Assembly (NCBI GenBank): GCA_963714015.1
Contig: OY970223.1
Location: forward strand, 2,880,001-2,944,000
DNA from: Vulcanimicrobiota bacterium
GTDB lineage: Bacteria; Vulcanimicrobiota; Vulcanimicrobiia; Vulcanimicrobiales; Vulcanimicrobiaceae
Direction: 5' to 3'
Length of the DNA stretch: 64,000 nt
This document shows positions 1 through 9,738 of this stretch, piece by piece. The first letter of the stretch is position 1; each line of letters opens with the position of its first letter. Below the pieces are notes generated by a model that saw only the letters and a list, made by a program, of their open reading frames with translations, did no database searches and was not told the DNA's origin. Position numbers and translations under genes: made by a program.

Positions 1-851
1 GCGTTCTATCGATCGCAACGAATGATACGGTTGCGTTGTCGGCGTACGCGCCTTTCGGGCACGACAATACTTTCTCGGGGAGAGTAAAATCCGCTGGTTG
101 AATCGCGCTTAATACGGGCTGCCAGGCAATGATCGCCTTTATGGATTGATTTATAGCGTTGCTTGTGTCGTCTGAATCCGATTGGAATCCCGAAACCTCT
201 TTGCTTAGGTCGCTTAAGACGCTTTTTTGCTCGGCCGTAACGCCTGCGCTGCCTTGAGCGAGTCGAACAGCTGCTACAGCAGCGTTTATCTCTTTACTCG
301 GCCAAACAAAACTGGTTTGCGTACGCTTTATGGTCGCGGCTTCGTCATGGGCTTGTTTAACGATGGACGAGATGTCGGCATTCTCGTCGTCGGCTTCCAC
401 CACGATCTGTTGAACGGCCGTAGCACGCGGATTCAGGGAATTGCGCAAGGTATCGATTGCGTTCTCTGCCGCCTGCACGGCCTTGACCGCTTCATCGAAG
501 TTACTACCGGCACTTTTGCCGTGCGTCTGTTCGCTGCCGCCGACCACTCCGCTTGTGGCGGACTGGCCGAGATCGCCGAACGGGTTGATATCCGTCGGCA
601 GAGAGCAGTCTGTGTATAACGCTTACTTGAGCCGACGCATATCGAAGCGCATTGTAGCGAACGGTAAGCGATGCCGGACATATTACCTGTTCGTTTTGAT
701 CCGGCGTCGCGGCATTTACAAAAATCGTTTCCGGATCAGCCGCGGAGGCTGGCTCAACGAAACACGGCAGGAACGCTAGAATGGCCGCGCCGGCTAACAA
801 AGTGCGTTGCAAGTGCACGGAGGGAGCCCGGGCCAAATAAAATTGAAGCAT
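1..851 (-). CDS. Secreted protein, frameshifted near 615, runs off the window
   Basis: Signal peptide LQRTLLAGAAILAFLPCFVEPASA-ADPET in ORF 504..896; after a frame change near 615 a stop-free helical frame (TDCSLPTDINPFG...FDEAVKAVQAAENAIDTLRN...VSFVAIDRT) continues to base 1. Confidence 0.6.
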
Positions 852-1016
852 CCTTACACCCCTAAAAAGCGCTTGACACGTTGTAACCTTATACATACGC
901 CGCTCGGGGACTGCGCAAGAGGGCCAAATGGCTCATTGTGATGCGAGAGCGCCATTGCCGCGGCTTGTAAAAGAAGCAAACCGTATGCATCTTGCGGCCG
1001 AACGGTTGCTTGTATG

Positions 1017-1436
1017 CTAACTTTTCGCGCCGTGACGGTCATGCGTTTCAACTTTTTGATGCGAAGTAGTAAATGAGCGGTAATGTGCCGACTCCATCCG
1101 CATACGCAGCGTCTGCGAAGATGCGCGGCACTTGTCGATGGATGCGCAAAACCGGCGGTGCTCTCTCGTGACCACGACATCGGTGAGCACATCACCATCC
1201 ATCGTGGGCGTGAAAATGTCCCCAGCGAAATGCATCCTCCAGGCGACAAAAACGCCCTCGCACTGCCGGCACAACAGCGTTTCTTTCGGAGCGTCCTGAA
1301 GACGCCGATCTGGCTGCGTCCAGTTCCGAAGGAACGGGTTTGGCGAATCCGCCTTCTGCCGCTTCGCGACAAATTGCGGGATGATGTGGCTGACTTCGAG
1401 TTCGCGGTCGTTCCGGCAAAGTCTGCAAACTGGCAT
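1017..1436 (-). pseudogene. HNH-like zinc-binding protein, apparently C-terminally truncated
   Basis: CRLC...SHIIP...LLCRQCE motif; family-like sequence stops after RRFCASI (~1137). Confidence 0.55.
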
Positions 1437-1886
1437 CTATGACAACTCCTTCCCTTCGCCAACCAGCTCTAGCGCCTCAAGTGCTCTTCGCTCGCTTTCA
1501 ACGACCGACGCGCTGCATGCGACGGTTGGCCGGAAACCGAAATCCAGTGTGTTATTCGCCTTTCTGGTCCAAGAATTTTGGCCGGTGAAGATCCGGCGTT
1601 TCCGGTCAAGCCGGTAGAATGGAGACGAGGGCCGCCGCCAGTTGCTGGCGTGTACCTTGGCTGCGCTCGTAGTCCGTCGTCGGAAGCGCGCAACGCGCCG
1701 ATCAGCAGGTTGACCAAACCCGCAACGCCGTGCACCATCCGCTGATCGCAAATGGTGCCCTGGCGGCCAGTGAGGCGGACGCGTTCTTAACCCTTATTTC
1801 GGTCGTCTGGAATCTTCAGCCCTCGTGCATTTGGGAGCCTTGGCGAGGCGTCGCGCAGAATAGCGCTTTGCCCAGAGTATCCGCTG

Positions 1887-2534
1887 TTGGCGTTGAAATT
1901 TTATCAGACCGCTGGTCCAGCGTGGATTCGGATGGCCGCTCGAGTTGGAATTGAGGGCATTCCGGAACTTGATCGCGCTGAACGTGACATGCGAACGCTG
2001 GAAAATACGCAAGAGTTCAAAGATGCGAAGAGCGATGTCGTGCAACGCTTTAGCCTGATGAGCGAGGATGAGTGGACCGCCTGGAGCAAACGGAGCCATG
2101 GCGACGTCCTGGCGCTTGTGCAAGTATCGCAAAATCTCCGTGCGCGTGGTTCCGATGTGCGAGTTGCTGACCACTTAGAGTTACCTCAAGGCGTTGCGGT
2201 AAACGGCTACTTAATGCGCGCTATTGGCTTTGCGCTATTCGCCCTGGTACAACTTTGTGCGGAATTCGAGGTCGATATGCGCGGCCGATTGGCTGACCTG
2301 GCGAGCGCCTACGAGCACATGCATGAGCGTGACGCTGCCACGGTGAATTGCGCGCTGTGCATCATGGCTGTGCTCTTCGCCGCAAGCACCATCGCAACGT
2401 ACATCGCCTTGTGCGTCTTGTCTCGCGATGCCATGCGACGACTAAGCTTCGGCCCCGTCGAGCGCTACGGCGAGGTCTTGAGCGGCGTGATAATCGCGAT
2501 CGTGGGCGTAGTCTTCATAATTCGTCCGGTGTAG
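1887..2534 (+). CDS. Chimeric ORF: DUF5677-like helical part fused to the last ~55 aa of a membrane transporter-like protein
   Basis: WTAWSKRSHGD motif in the soluble part; abrupt switch near 2350 to hydrophobic MAVLFAASTIATYIALC...ERYGEVLSGVIIAIVGVVF. Confidence 0.4.
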   Translation: MALKFYQTAGPAWIRMAARVGIEGIPELDRAERDMRTLENTQEFKDAKSDVVQRFSLMSEDEWTAWSKRSHGDVLALVQVSQNLRARGSDVRVADHLELPQGVAVNGYLMRAIGFALFALVQLCAEFEVDMRGRLADLASAYEHMHERDAATVNCALCIMAVLFAASTIATYIALCVLSRDAMRRLSFGPVERYGEVLSGVIIAIVGVVFIIRPV

Positions 2535-2540
2535 CGGCGC

Positions 2541-3102
2541 GTGAACGAAGATCTCCGCATTTTGGCCGTCGCGCTGGCAATCGGTCTCGACGTGTTCGCG
2601 TTGTCCATAGCGGTTGGCATGAAGTCTCCGCCATGGCGGGACCGACTGCGCCTTGGCGCTGCCTTTTCAATCGCCGAAATTTCGATGCAAGTTTTGGGGC
2701 CTCGTTTTGGGTACCGCTTTCGGCCACGTTGCGGGCGAGGTGGCGTCGTGGACCGGCCTGCTGTTGCTGGGCGGAATCGGCCTATGGATGTTGAGAGAAG
2801 GCTTCGCGAACGACGACAGCCACGAGTTCGACATACGCTCCGCGGGAGGGCTCCTCGTTGCATCGCTTTCGATAAGCCTCGATTCGCTCGGCGTCGGCTT
2901 TGCTTTGCCCGTCATGCGCCTTCCCGTGCTTCCGTTGCTGGCGACGGTAGCGGTGTCTACGGTGTGTTTTACGTTGGGCGGACTCGGCTTCGGAGCGAGA
3001 CTTGGTCATATCTTCGAGAAAAACGCCGAACGCGGAGCCGGCGTCGTGCTCATCCTGCTGGCTGCCGCGTTCGCGGTTCAAAAGTTTGGCGGAGTAACGT
3101 AG
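2541..3102 (+). CDS. mntP: Manganese efflux pump MntP family (frameshift ~2700)
   Basis: LAIGLDVFALSIAVG and LSISLDSLGVG repeats, AERGAGVVLI; split over ORFs 2541.. and 2653..3102. Confidence 0.85.
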
Positions 3103-3162
3103 CGGGACGGACCGGCAGCGATGTCCGTCGGATCCTATCGGTGGTGAGGGTACACCGCTGGC

Positions 3163-3606
3163 ATGAGAAGACAGACTACCATTGGTTTGGCAATCATGGC
3201 CGGAGCCGTCGCCGCCGACGCGCTGATCAGAAGAGACGAGTCGGTGGTGGGGCGGCTCGTCAGATCGCGGCGGGAGCAAACAACGCCAGAGCCGATGATG
3301 CAAGACGCCGACGGCGTCGCTTCGCTTCGCGATGCGAAAGAAGCCGAATCCGAACTGCACGAGGGATGCCGCCAGGAAGTGCTCGCGGCGGCGCGGACGC
3401 TGCACGAGGAAGGGCGCGTGGACTTCTCGCCCGTCGAGGTGATCGAATCCATGCAGGCGCGTGGGACCAGGTACGCCGAGAGCACGATACGCACGCACGT
3501 CGTCTCGCGGATGTGCGCGGACGCGCCCGACAACCATGGAACGACCTACGACGATTTCGAGCGCGTCGAACGCGGGCACTACCGGTTGCGGGGCCACTCG
3601 CAGTAG
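3163..3606 (+). CDS. N-terminal membrane anchor plus small winged-helix-like domain
   Basis: Hydrophobic N-terminus; C-terminal CRQEVLAAA...RYAESTIRTHVVSRMCADAPDNHGTTYDDFERVERGHYRL typical of a conserved small wHTH family. Confidence 0.7.
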   Translation: MRRQTTIGLAIMAGAVAADALIRRDESVVGRLVRSRREQTTPEPMMQDADGVASLRDAKEAESELHEGCRQEVLAAARTLHEEGRVDFSPVEVIESMQARGTRYAESTIRTHVVSRMCADAPDNHGTTYDDFERVERGHYRLRGHSQ

Positions 3607-3622
3607 CGCAAAGACTCGCGCG

Positions 3623-3805
3623 ATGAAGAATCCGATGGAGCGCCCCGCTCAATGGCGCGAAAAGGCCGGGCCGTGTCCGAAGTGCGGATGGGCGGAAACC
3701 GTAGCGCGCAAGTCCAGGACCACCGGAGAGTTGTATTTCGGTTGCGCGCGCCCGAAGAACGGGCCGCGCGGCGGCTGCAATTTCAAGGGCTGTCGCAGTC
3801 ATTGA
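3623..3805 (+). CDS. Stand-alone topoisomerase-type C4 zinc-ribbon protein
   Basis: CPKCG...RKSRTTGELYFGC...C pattern; ATG at 3623 within ORF 3461..3805. Confidence 0.65.
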   Translation: MKNPMERPAQWREKAGPCPKCGWAETVARKSRTTGELYFGCARPKNGPRGGCNFKGCRSH

Positions 3806-3873
3806 AGTCATCCTGACGCGCGGCGCTGAGGTTTCCGCGCGTGATCGTGTTGGATGGCGGGGCCTCTACGTAG

Positions 3874-4113
3874 TACGGAGGCGGCGGAGGAGGCGGCGGC
3901 GGTTGCGATATTATAGGAAAAATAGCATGTCCCACGAGGTTCAGCTGCGTATGGGCCATCCTAGAAGGCGTTCTCGCCGGGACACTATTGGCTGCCGCCG
4001 TCATGGCCGCTATTACAAATCCCATTTTTGGATGGATCGAGGTAACAGCCTTAGTTGGTGGCCACGTCGCTTTGCTCGATTCGATCTCGAACGCCTTTCA
4101 GGAATGCGCGTAG
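3874..4113 (+). pseudogene. Start-less Gly-linker plus hydrophobic Cys-bracketed (bacteriocin/toxin-tip-like) fragment
   Basis: Frame after TAG 3871-3873 reads YGGGGGGGGGCDIIGKIACPTRFSCVWAILEGVLAGTLLAAAVMAAITNPIFGWIEVTALVGGHVALLDSISNAFQECA*. Confidence 0.5.
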
Positions 4114-4128
4114 GATAAGCGGCCCACC

Positions 4129-4350
4129 ATGCTTCCAAAGGTTCTCCCTACTCCTCATTACTGGGCCATCGCAGTGTATTTCATACCTTCTGCAATCATG
4201 GCTCTCGGCGTCTATCTTCGCTGGAAGCGCATTCCGACATTCCCTGTAAATCTACAAGAGCAGGCGAAGAGAGGTACGTTCCGGTTCGCATGGCTCGTCG
4301 GGTTCCTCACGCTGGTCGTGATGGATATGATTAAACTCCCTGCGCGGTAG
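4129..4350 (+). CDS. Small two-TM membrane protein (immunity-like)
   Basis: 73 aa, two hydrophobic helices; starts 15 nt after the toxin-like fragment, followed by a terminator. Confidence 0.6.
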   Translation: MLPKVLPTPHYWAIAVYFIPSAIMALGVYLRWKRIPTFPVNLQEQAKRGTFRFAWLVGFLTLVVMDMIKLPAR

Positions 4351-4371
4351 AACCCCCGAACACTGCACAAC

Positions 4372-4407
4372 AAAGAAGGTCCCGTGCAACCGCGGGACCT
4401 TCTTTTT
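4372..4407 (+). terminator. Intrinsic terminator, probably bidirectional
   Basis: AAAGAAGGTCCCG-TGCAACCG-CGGGACCTTCTTT-TT. Confidence 0.8.
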
Positions 4408-4941
4408 ACGTCCTTTTTGCTCGCCGGTCGATACGTTCTCCGTACAGTCGGCGTCTAACGATTTCTTGAAGCGACAACCACCACTCGTTGTCAAAGGGGA
4501 ATGAGCGGTCCAAGTCGGCGTACTCGACGCCCGTACGCCTTTTCATCCCAAAGCGACGACGTGTCGGCCATAGCAACTAGTATTTTAGCCGACGTTCATC
4601 GCCCCCGATGGTCACGACGCGGACGTTCATGCCGGGGTTTCGTGGACGGTCGCCCTCAAGCACGCCCTCGTCCTCCACGCGTTTCATGACCTTCTTGAGG
4701 ATCTCGCGATGGTGTCCGTCGCACAATGGTGCACAGCCAGCGCATCCCGGAATTGAGGTCAGTATGATCGTGACAGATCGGGCTCCTTGCGCGGTGCGCC
4801 GTCCGGCCGATCCGAGTTCCCATCAGCGCCGCGACGGACAGCGACATGAACTCCACGTGACGCGCGCCTTCGCGCGTGGGGCCGCGTCGACCGAACGCCG
4901 CGTGGGTAACTGCATGCCAGCCTTGCTAGGGAGTGCAAAGA

Positions 4942-5403
4942 ATGAAGACGGTCCATCTCCTCATGGCCACGGCCCTGGTCATCGGCACATGTTGCGGATG
5001 CAGCGGTTCGAACCGAAGTTCGAGCGACACGACGACGAGCGACACGAGCGCCGCCTCCCCATCGCCGGCTGCCGACAGTCCCGACGTGGTTCAAGGCGAG
5101 CTGAAGGAAATGAATTCTTCGGTCGATCTGCTCAACCAAAGCAGCGACGCCGCCGGCGCATTCCAGGACGCTCGCATCGAAAGCGGCCTCCATTCAAACG
5201 ACACCTTCACTCTCGACGTGGACACGGACAAGATCTCCACCGGCCAGGACCAACGCCGTCTAACCTCCGTTATGCTCGAAGCGTGGGTGAAGGCGTACAG
5301 GGACCACCACGGCGGAAGCGCCGCGGTTCCGCTTGCAGTATCCATCGATGATCTGTCCGGTCAGGAAGTGCAGCATGACTCCTATGACCCTAGATCGCAG
5401 TAG
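4942..5403 (+). CDS. Lipoprotein with Ser/Thr-rich linker
   Basis: MKTVHLLMATALVIGTCCG-C lipobox-like signal, S/T/D-rich stalk, compact C-terminal domain. Confidence 0.7.
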   Translation: MKTVHLLMATALVIGTCCGCSGSNRSSSDTTTSDTSAASPSPAADSPDVVQGELKEMNSSVDLLNQSSDAAGAFQDARIESGLHSNDTFTLDVDTDKISTGQDQRRLTSVMLEAWVKAYRDHHGGSAAVPLAVSIDDLSGQEVQHDSYDPRSQ

Positions 5404-6062
5404 TGCTTCGCATGAAGGCGCTTCTCTTAAACTTCTCCGTCGAGCTCAGTTTCATTGCCTGCTCATCATTACAGCCTTGCGGCACGCGCAACGTTGTACA
5501 GACTACGATCGATCACAGCGTGCAGGCGAACAACATGCGCGCCAAATTGAGTGCTACGCACTTCCCCGGCGGCCGGGAGGACATAGAACTCGACGATGGG
5601 CACGTTTACGCGGCCAATTTCTTTACGCGGAAGCCGCTGGAGGCGGCGGACAGATTGGCAGTATGCCCCTGTCACCGGCGATCAAGTCGAGCTGTGCGCG
5701 CTGACTGCGGCGGACGGTTCGAAGTATTGTTTTGCCCGATGCGTTGCGCAAGCCTCACGGCCTTGAGACGTGGACTCGTGCACCAACGGCACGGCGGAAA
5801 TTCTTGCCACCTGTTTGCACCTGGTTCAGCAACCGGAATCGGAGCCGTAGCCAACAGCATCACTCCGTCGAGGTAGACGGCGCGCCAAACGGTGTTCCGA
5901 AGATCTTCGTTGAGAGTCCGGGTGCAGGACTCTTCGGAGCAGTACACCTTTAGCTGCGCGGCTACCGCTTACCGTCCATGCGCGATTGCTTTGGACGAGG
6001 TCATGCTCAACCTGGACCTTCGCGAACAGCATGTGGCCATCCGGGCAACTGGAAGTGTTTCT

Positions 6063-6803
6063 TCATGTTGCAGCGCCTTCGTCGCCACAGACGCCTTCGT
6101 GTCCATCAATCTCCATAGTGGACTGTTCATCGCTGATGAATTTCTTGATAGCGAGGCGGCCAACCATCCGCATCATTAGGACGTCGGCCGTTCCGCCTAT
6201 CACCGCGCCGGCGAAGGGGGCGACCCTACCCAGATTCACGATTCCCCGAGTGCCGGCTTTCGTCACGATTCGCGAACCGCCGATGCGGTTGATGGTCGTC
6301 AAGAGCGCGCGCGGGATCTTCTTAACGCCTTTAACTGCGAGCGACTTCGCAACCCCGACGGCGGCACGCTTCCCGGGTCCGGCAAGGGAGTCGCCCGCGA
6401 CGAGCGCAAGAACGAACGCCTTCACGTCCGGACTCAGCGGATCTTCGCCCGCAAGCACCGCGATGGCCGCCACAGTCGTCGCCTGAAGCACCAGCGCGGC
6501 CGGAACCGATACTGCGATGCTTGCAAGGCCGCCGAGTCCGGTCAAGAAGCCGGCGCTGCCGGCGTAAGTGCATTGCGTTCTAAGCAGTCGGCGCGCACGC
6601 TCATCGAGCGTTCCAGGTTTTGCGCGGTGAAATTCGCCGATCTCGCGTGCACCCGGAAAGCCCGGGAAACCGTCCACAATCAACCCGTACAGGGCGTTTA
6701 CTGGTTCGCCTGCGCGTGAATTCAAGAATTGGAGCAGCAACGGAGCGTTGATCTGAGGATTGTTCGAACCGTCCCGGTATCGCTGCTTTTCTTCTTCCGC
6801 CAT
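6063..6803 (-). CDS. EcsC family protein
   Basis: AGSAGFLTGLGGL, KINR-like TTINRIGGSRIVTKAG, GRVAPFAGAVIGGTAD; start MAEEEK at 6803 inside ORF 6063..7361. Confidence 0.8.
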   Translation of the reverse strand: MAEEEKQRYRDGSNNPQINAPLLLQFLNSRAGEPVNALYGLIVDGFPGFPGAREIGEFHRAKPGTLDERARRLLRTQCTYAGSAGFLTGLGGLASIAVSVPAALVLQATTVAAIAVLAGEDPLSPDVKAFVLALVAGDSLAGPGKRAAVGVAKSLAVKGVKKIPRALLTTINRIGGSRIVTKAGTRGIVNLGRVAPFAGAVIGGTADVLMMRMVGRLAIKKFISDEQSTMEIDGHEGVCGDEGAAT

Positions 6804-6990
6804 GCCGTCTCGGTTTGCCCGTCGGAGTACGATCCTACGCTGCCGGATCTGCCCGCCCGCCGTGCACCGATGGGGTTTCCGGCATGCGGTTACAAGCTCG
6901 TTTGTTTTTCCCGCGGGCTCAGCGCGGGAAAGATGCTCGAAGCGACGCTGCGGCAGAGCAGGCATGGCGCGTTGGAAAGGATGGGGTTGG

Positions 6991-7274
6991 ATGCTTAAGG
7001 TGGGACAGGTGGAGTACGGATTTCTAAAGTTGAAGATTTTTTGGTGAGGATTCGTCATCTCGACGGCGCGGATGTCAGATCCGACCGGACCGGCATGCCG
7101 ACCTGGCCGTACGAGCGCGCGGCGAAGGACGCCTGGAACGTGGCGGACTGGAAGCGCGAGCGCTTCAAGCCCACGTATCCGGGATTCGAGGTTGAAGTCC
7201 TGGACGGGGATGGCAATCCGGTCCAAGGCAACATGAAACTCGAGACCGTCCGTGACTCGTACGCGGAGGATTAG
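6991..7274 (+). CDS. Conserved small hypothetical protein (frameshift ~7020)
   Basis: MLKVGQVEY|ISKVEDFLVRIRHLDGADVRSD...WPYERAAK...FKPTYPGFEVEVLDGDGNPVQGNMKLETVRDSY. Confidence 0.65.
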
Positions 7275-7302
7275 ATCTAGGATCCGCGTTCGAACGGCGT
7301 TG

Positions 7303-7766
7303 ATGTTGTTCGCCGCAGCGATTTGCGTGCCAGTCTGTGTTTCGGCGCAACAAGACGCCACTAGTTATTCGTCGCCAGAGCTGGCGTGTGGGGCCGAGCG
7401 TTTGCACGCGCAGACCGCGCCGTCGACGCGCATGATCTCTACGGCAAAAGCGGAGGCCGTAAAACGCATGCCGTTGCGGAGGTTGATTCGGCGGTGCATG
7501 CGCTACGCCTGGCCGTGGCTCAATGCCTCAATCCTCCCTCCATGGCCCACGTGACCTTCCGCAACTGATTCCTCATAACGTACAACACGGTGTACAAACA
7601 CTTCACGAACCACGCGGACGCGGGAACGACTGGATTCGTGCTGGCGGATCAGATGCTTGCGAAGTGCATCCAGGACTTGCTCGGCACGCCGGAAGGAGCG
7701 GCGTGCCAGATACGCTTGCGCGCCAACGCGCGGATCGCCAAGTTCGTCGATTCGGACGGTACCTGA
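7303..7766 (+). pseudogene. Degenerate secreted protein
   Basis: Signal peptide MLFAAAICVPVCVSA; needs a frameshift (~7385) and read-through of TGA 7566-7568 to reach the stop at 7766. Confidence 0.3.
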
Positions 7767-7769
7767 CGA

Positions 7770-8114
7770 ATGGCGGACCAGGCTCGCGAGGTGGCGTTCA
7801 CGCGCTCGTTCTTTCGCAACCTTGAGCAGATCGAAAAACACATCCGCAGGCGCAGCATCATCCGGCAGATGATCGAGCGCTACGGCAACAACGTCGCGGA
7901 AGCGTGGCGGCATCTCAAACCTAACGAGCCGACGTCTGGATTCATGCAACTGTATGAGAACGGCTTGCTGCATCTCAGCATTGAGGCGTTGATGCTCGAA
8001 AGGCAATGGCAAGACGTGTTCACGCGCGACAATCGGAAAGAGGCGCTAGACGCGCTCGCGTCGTTGGACGCGGAATGGCGCGAGCGCGTTGACGGCGACT
8101 ATTTCTTGAAGTGA
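7770..8114 (+). CDS. Hypothetical protein; helical domain often associated with nuclease/defence genes
   Basis: QMIERYG...PTSGFMQLYENGLLHLSIEALML...WQDVFT motif. Confidence 0.65.
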   Translation: MADQAREVAFTRSFFRNLEQIEKHIRRRSIIRQMIERYGNNVAEAWRHLKPNEPTSGFMQLYENGLLHLSIEALMLERQWQDVFTRDNRKEALDALASLDAEWRERVDGDYFLK

Positions 8115-8336
8115 CGGTCAAAGGCGAAGTGATTGCCGCGGCCCGCCTGCGCGCGAAGACTGGAAGCGTTGCCGTAATAGGATGCCGCGAAGGCGCGGCG
8201 CGGCTGGTCGTCGAGCGGATCGAGGCCGTCTCCAACCGGCTGTCGCCGGCATCGCACAAAAAAGCCGTCGCGGCCGCTAGAATGTGCCAGGCGTATGTCA
8301 TCTCCGTGGGTAACGCTCAAGCCGGAGGTGGCTCAA

Positions 8337-8459
8337 ATGCAACGAGTGCATCCTATCGCGGCCCTCGTGACCGCCGCGTCGATCTTCTTGACCGCGGAGT
8401 GGTTCATCCGCCGCGAGGAATCGCTCCTCGCCAAATTCTTCGGTTCTCTCGGCTACTGA
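8337..8459 (+). CDS. 40-aa single-TM peptide (absent from ORF track)
   Basis: RBS GGAGGTG; MQRVHPIAALVTAASIFLTAEWFIRREESLLAKFFGSLGY*. Confidence 0.55.
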   Translation: MQRVHPIAALVTAASIFLTAEWFIRREESLLAKFFGSLGY

Positions 8460-8469
8460 GGCGGCTCGA

Positions 8470-8628
8470 ATGCAGTCGTTTAAGGTAGCGCACGTGCGCG
8501 AGCAGGGCGTCGATCTCATCATCGTGTTCGTTGACGAACGCGTGAGCAATATGACAGACGCCGACCGCCGCGAGATAGCGGGACGGCTCACGCTCTGCGC
8601 GCGCCATCCGCATAACAGATGTTATTAG
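8470..8628 (+). pseudogene. Truncated conserved hypothetical protein
   Basis: MQSFKVAHVREQGVDLIIVFVD... recognisable N-terminus; breaks after LTLCAR at the dif-like site. Confidence 0.5.
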
Positions 8629-8632
8629 GCGA
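8605..8632. other. dif/Xer-like recombination site candidate
   Basis: CATCCGCATAA-CAGATG-TTATTAGGCGA; 11-6-11 layout, left arm 8/11 to the E. coli XerC arm, right arm only TTAT. Confidence 0.35.
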
Positions 8633-8980
8633 TTGAAGGCGATGGACAAAGAGATCGACATCTTGCTGTAACGTTACGTTTGCTTATATCACATCGCACA
8701 TTTCACGCACGATCTTGAAACGTGGCGCAACGTGGGAAGTTCCATGCCGCAAGGCTACACTATTTCTGCTGCGAAAGCTACGAAGGCACAAAAAGCGATC
8801 TACGACGTACTCGATGCACTTGCCAAGCGCCGCGGCTTCGTGACGGTCGAACGCGTGAGGCATTCGCACACTCCTCGCAGGACGCGGGGCATGAAGTGAA
8901 CGACAAATCTGCAAGGCAAACATCGCGTACGAAAAGCCGCAGATCGCAGGCGGATCCGCAGGCGCGCGCAGCGCTTTCTC

Positions 8981-9724
8981 TTGACGCATCTCGAGAGCGG
9001 CAACGCGTTCACGAAGGAAGAGTTTCGTACCGCTAGCGGATGGCCAGCCCAGACCTTCAAGACATACTGGTCGAAGCGGTTCGCTCAGATCATTCGACGG
9101 GGAGGCGTCGGGAAATACAGAGTGGACGGCACGTTCGAGCGATTTCGTGGCTTAGGCGCGTTCCGTCGCTACATGAGTCAGGCGACGGGAGATCGAGGGG
9201 TCTATGCTTTGACGAAGTTTCCCACGGTCGTTACATACGAATTCTATTTGCCACTGGCGCATGAAACTACGCTAAGACGTACTCTGGATGCTTTGTTCTA
9301 CGAGGACAGCGTTATGCCGCGATTAAAGCGCATGGATATCAGAGAACTCGAAGAGCACTTGCCTTCCGAGATGCTGCTGGGAGAAGCGCCAGTACTTGAA
9401 CGCGCAAGGGAATTTGTTAATCGCAACTTCAGCGGATACTCGATTTACCACGTCAGCGGGCGGTTTCGTGCCGACGACATCAACTCTCAAGCGGCGGCCA
9501 CCTCGTCATCCGCGAACGGTGAGCCGTATCTAATTGATGAAACTACAGCCGTGGTGCAATTCATCTTTCCTTGCTTGAGCCAAGCCGAAGCCGCTAGGAC
9601 GCGATTGCTGTTTCACAGCCTCTTCGTTCAACCGATCATAGACTTGATAAGTGGCGAGGATCAGATCTGGATGATTGAAACTGGGACGGGCAGCAGTGCT
9701 CACGTGTGGAAGAACCAGGGGTAG
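8981..9724 (+). CDS. Hypothetical protein with wHTH-like N-terminus (true start probably GTG 8896 plus frameshift)
   Basis: 247-aa ORF; FTKEEFRTASGW...TFKTYWSK N-terminus, GYSIYHVSGRF and YLIDET motifs. Confidence 0.7.
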   Translation: MTHLESGNAFTKEEFRTASGWPAQTFKTYWSKRFAQIIRRGGVGKYRVDGTFERFRGLGAFRRYMSQATGDRGVYALTKFPTVVTYEFYLPLAHETTLRRTLDALFYEDSVMPRLKRMDIRELEEHLPSEMLLGEAPVLERAREFVNRNFSGYSIYHVSGRFRADDINSQAAATSSSANGEPYLIDETTAVVQFIFPCLSQAEAARTRLLFHSLFVQPIIDLISGEDQIWMIETGTGSSAHVWKNQG

Positions 9725-9729
9725 CAACT

Positions 9730-9738
9730 TGGTATAAT
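9730..9738 (+). promoter_or_regulatory. Extended -10 promoter
   Basis: TG-G-TATAAT just after the 9724 stop. Confidence 0.45.

Noticed and set aside
3783..4025. Minus-strand poly-Pro ORF
   Set aside because: Probably the shadow of the + strand Gly linker, which fits the downstream gene and terminator.
1094..8614. Shared 11-mer CCATCCGCATA near two truncation points
   Set aside because: Matches this short are expected by chance in 16 kb.
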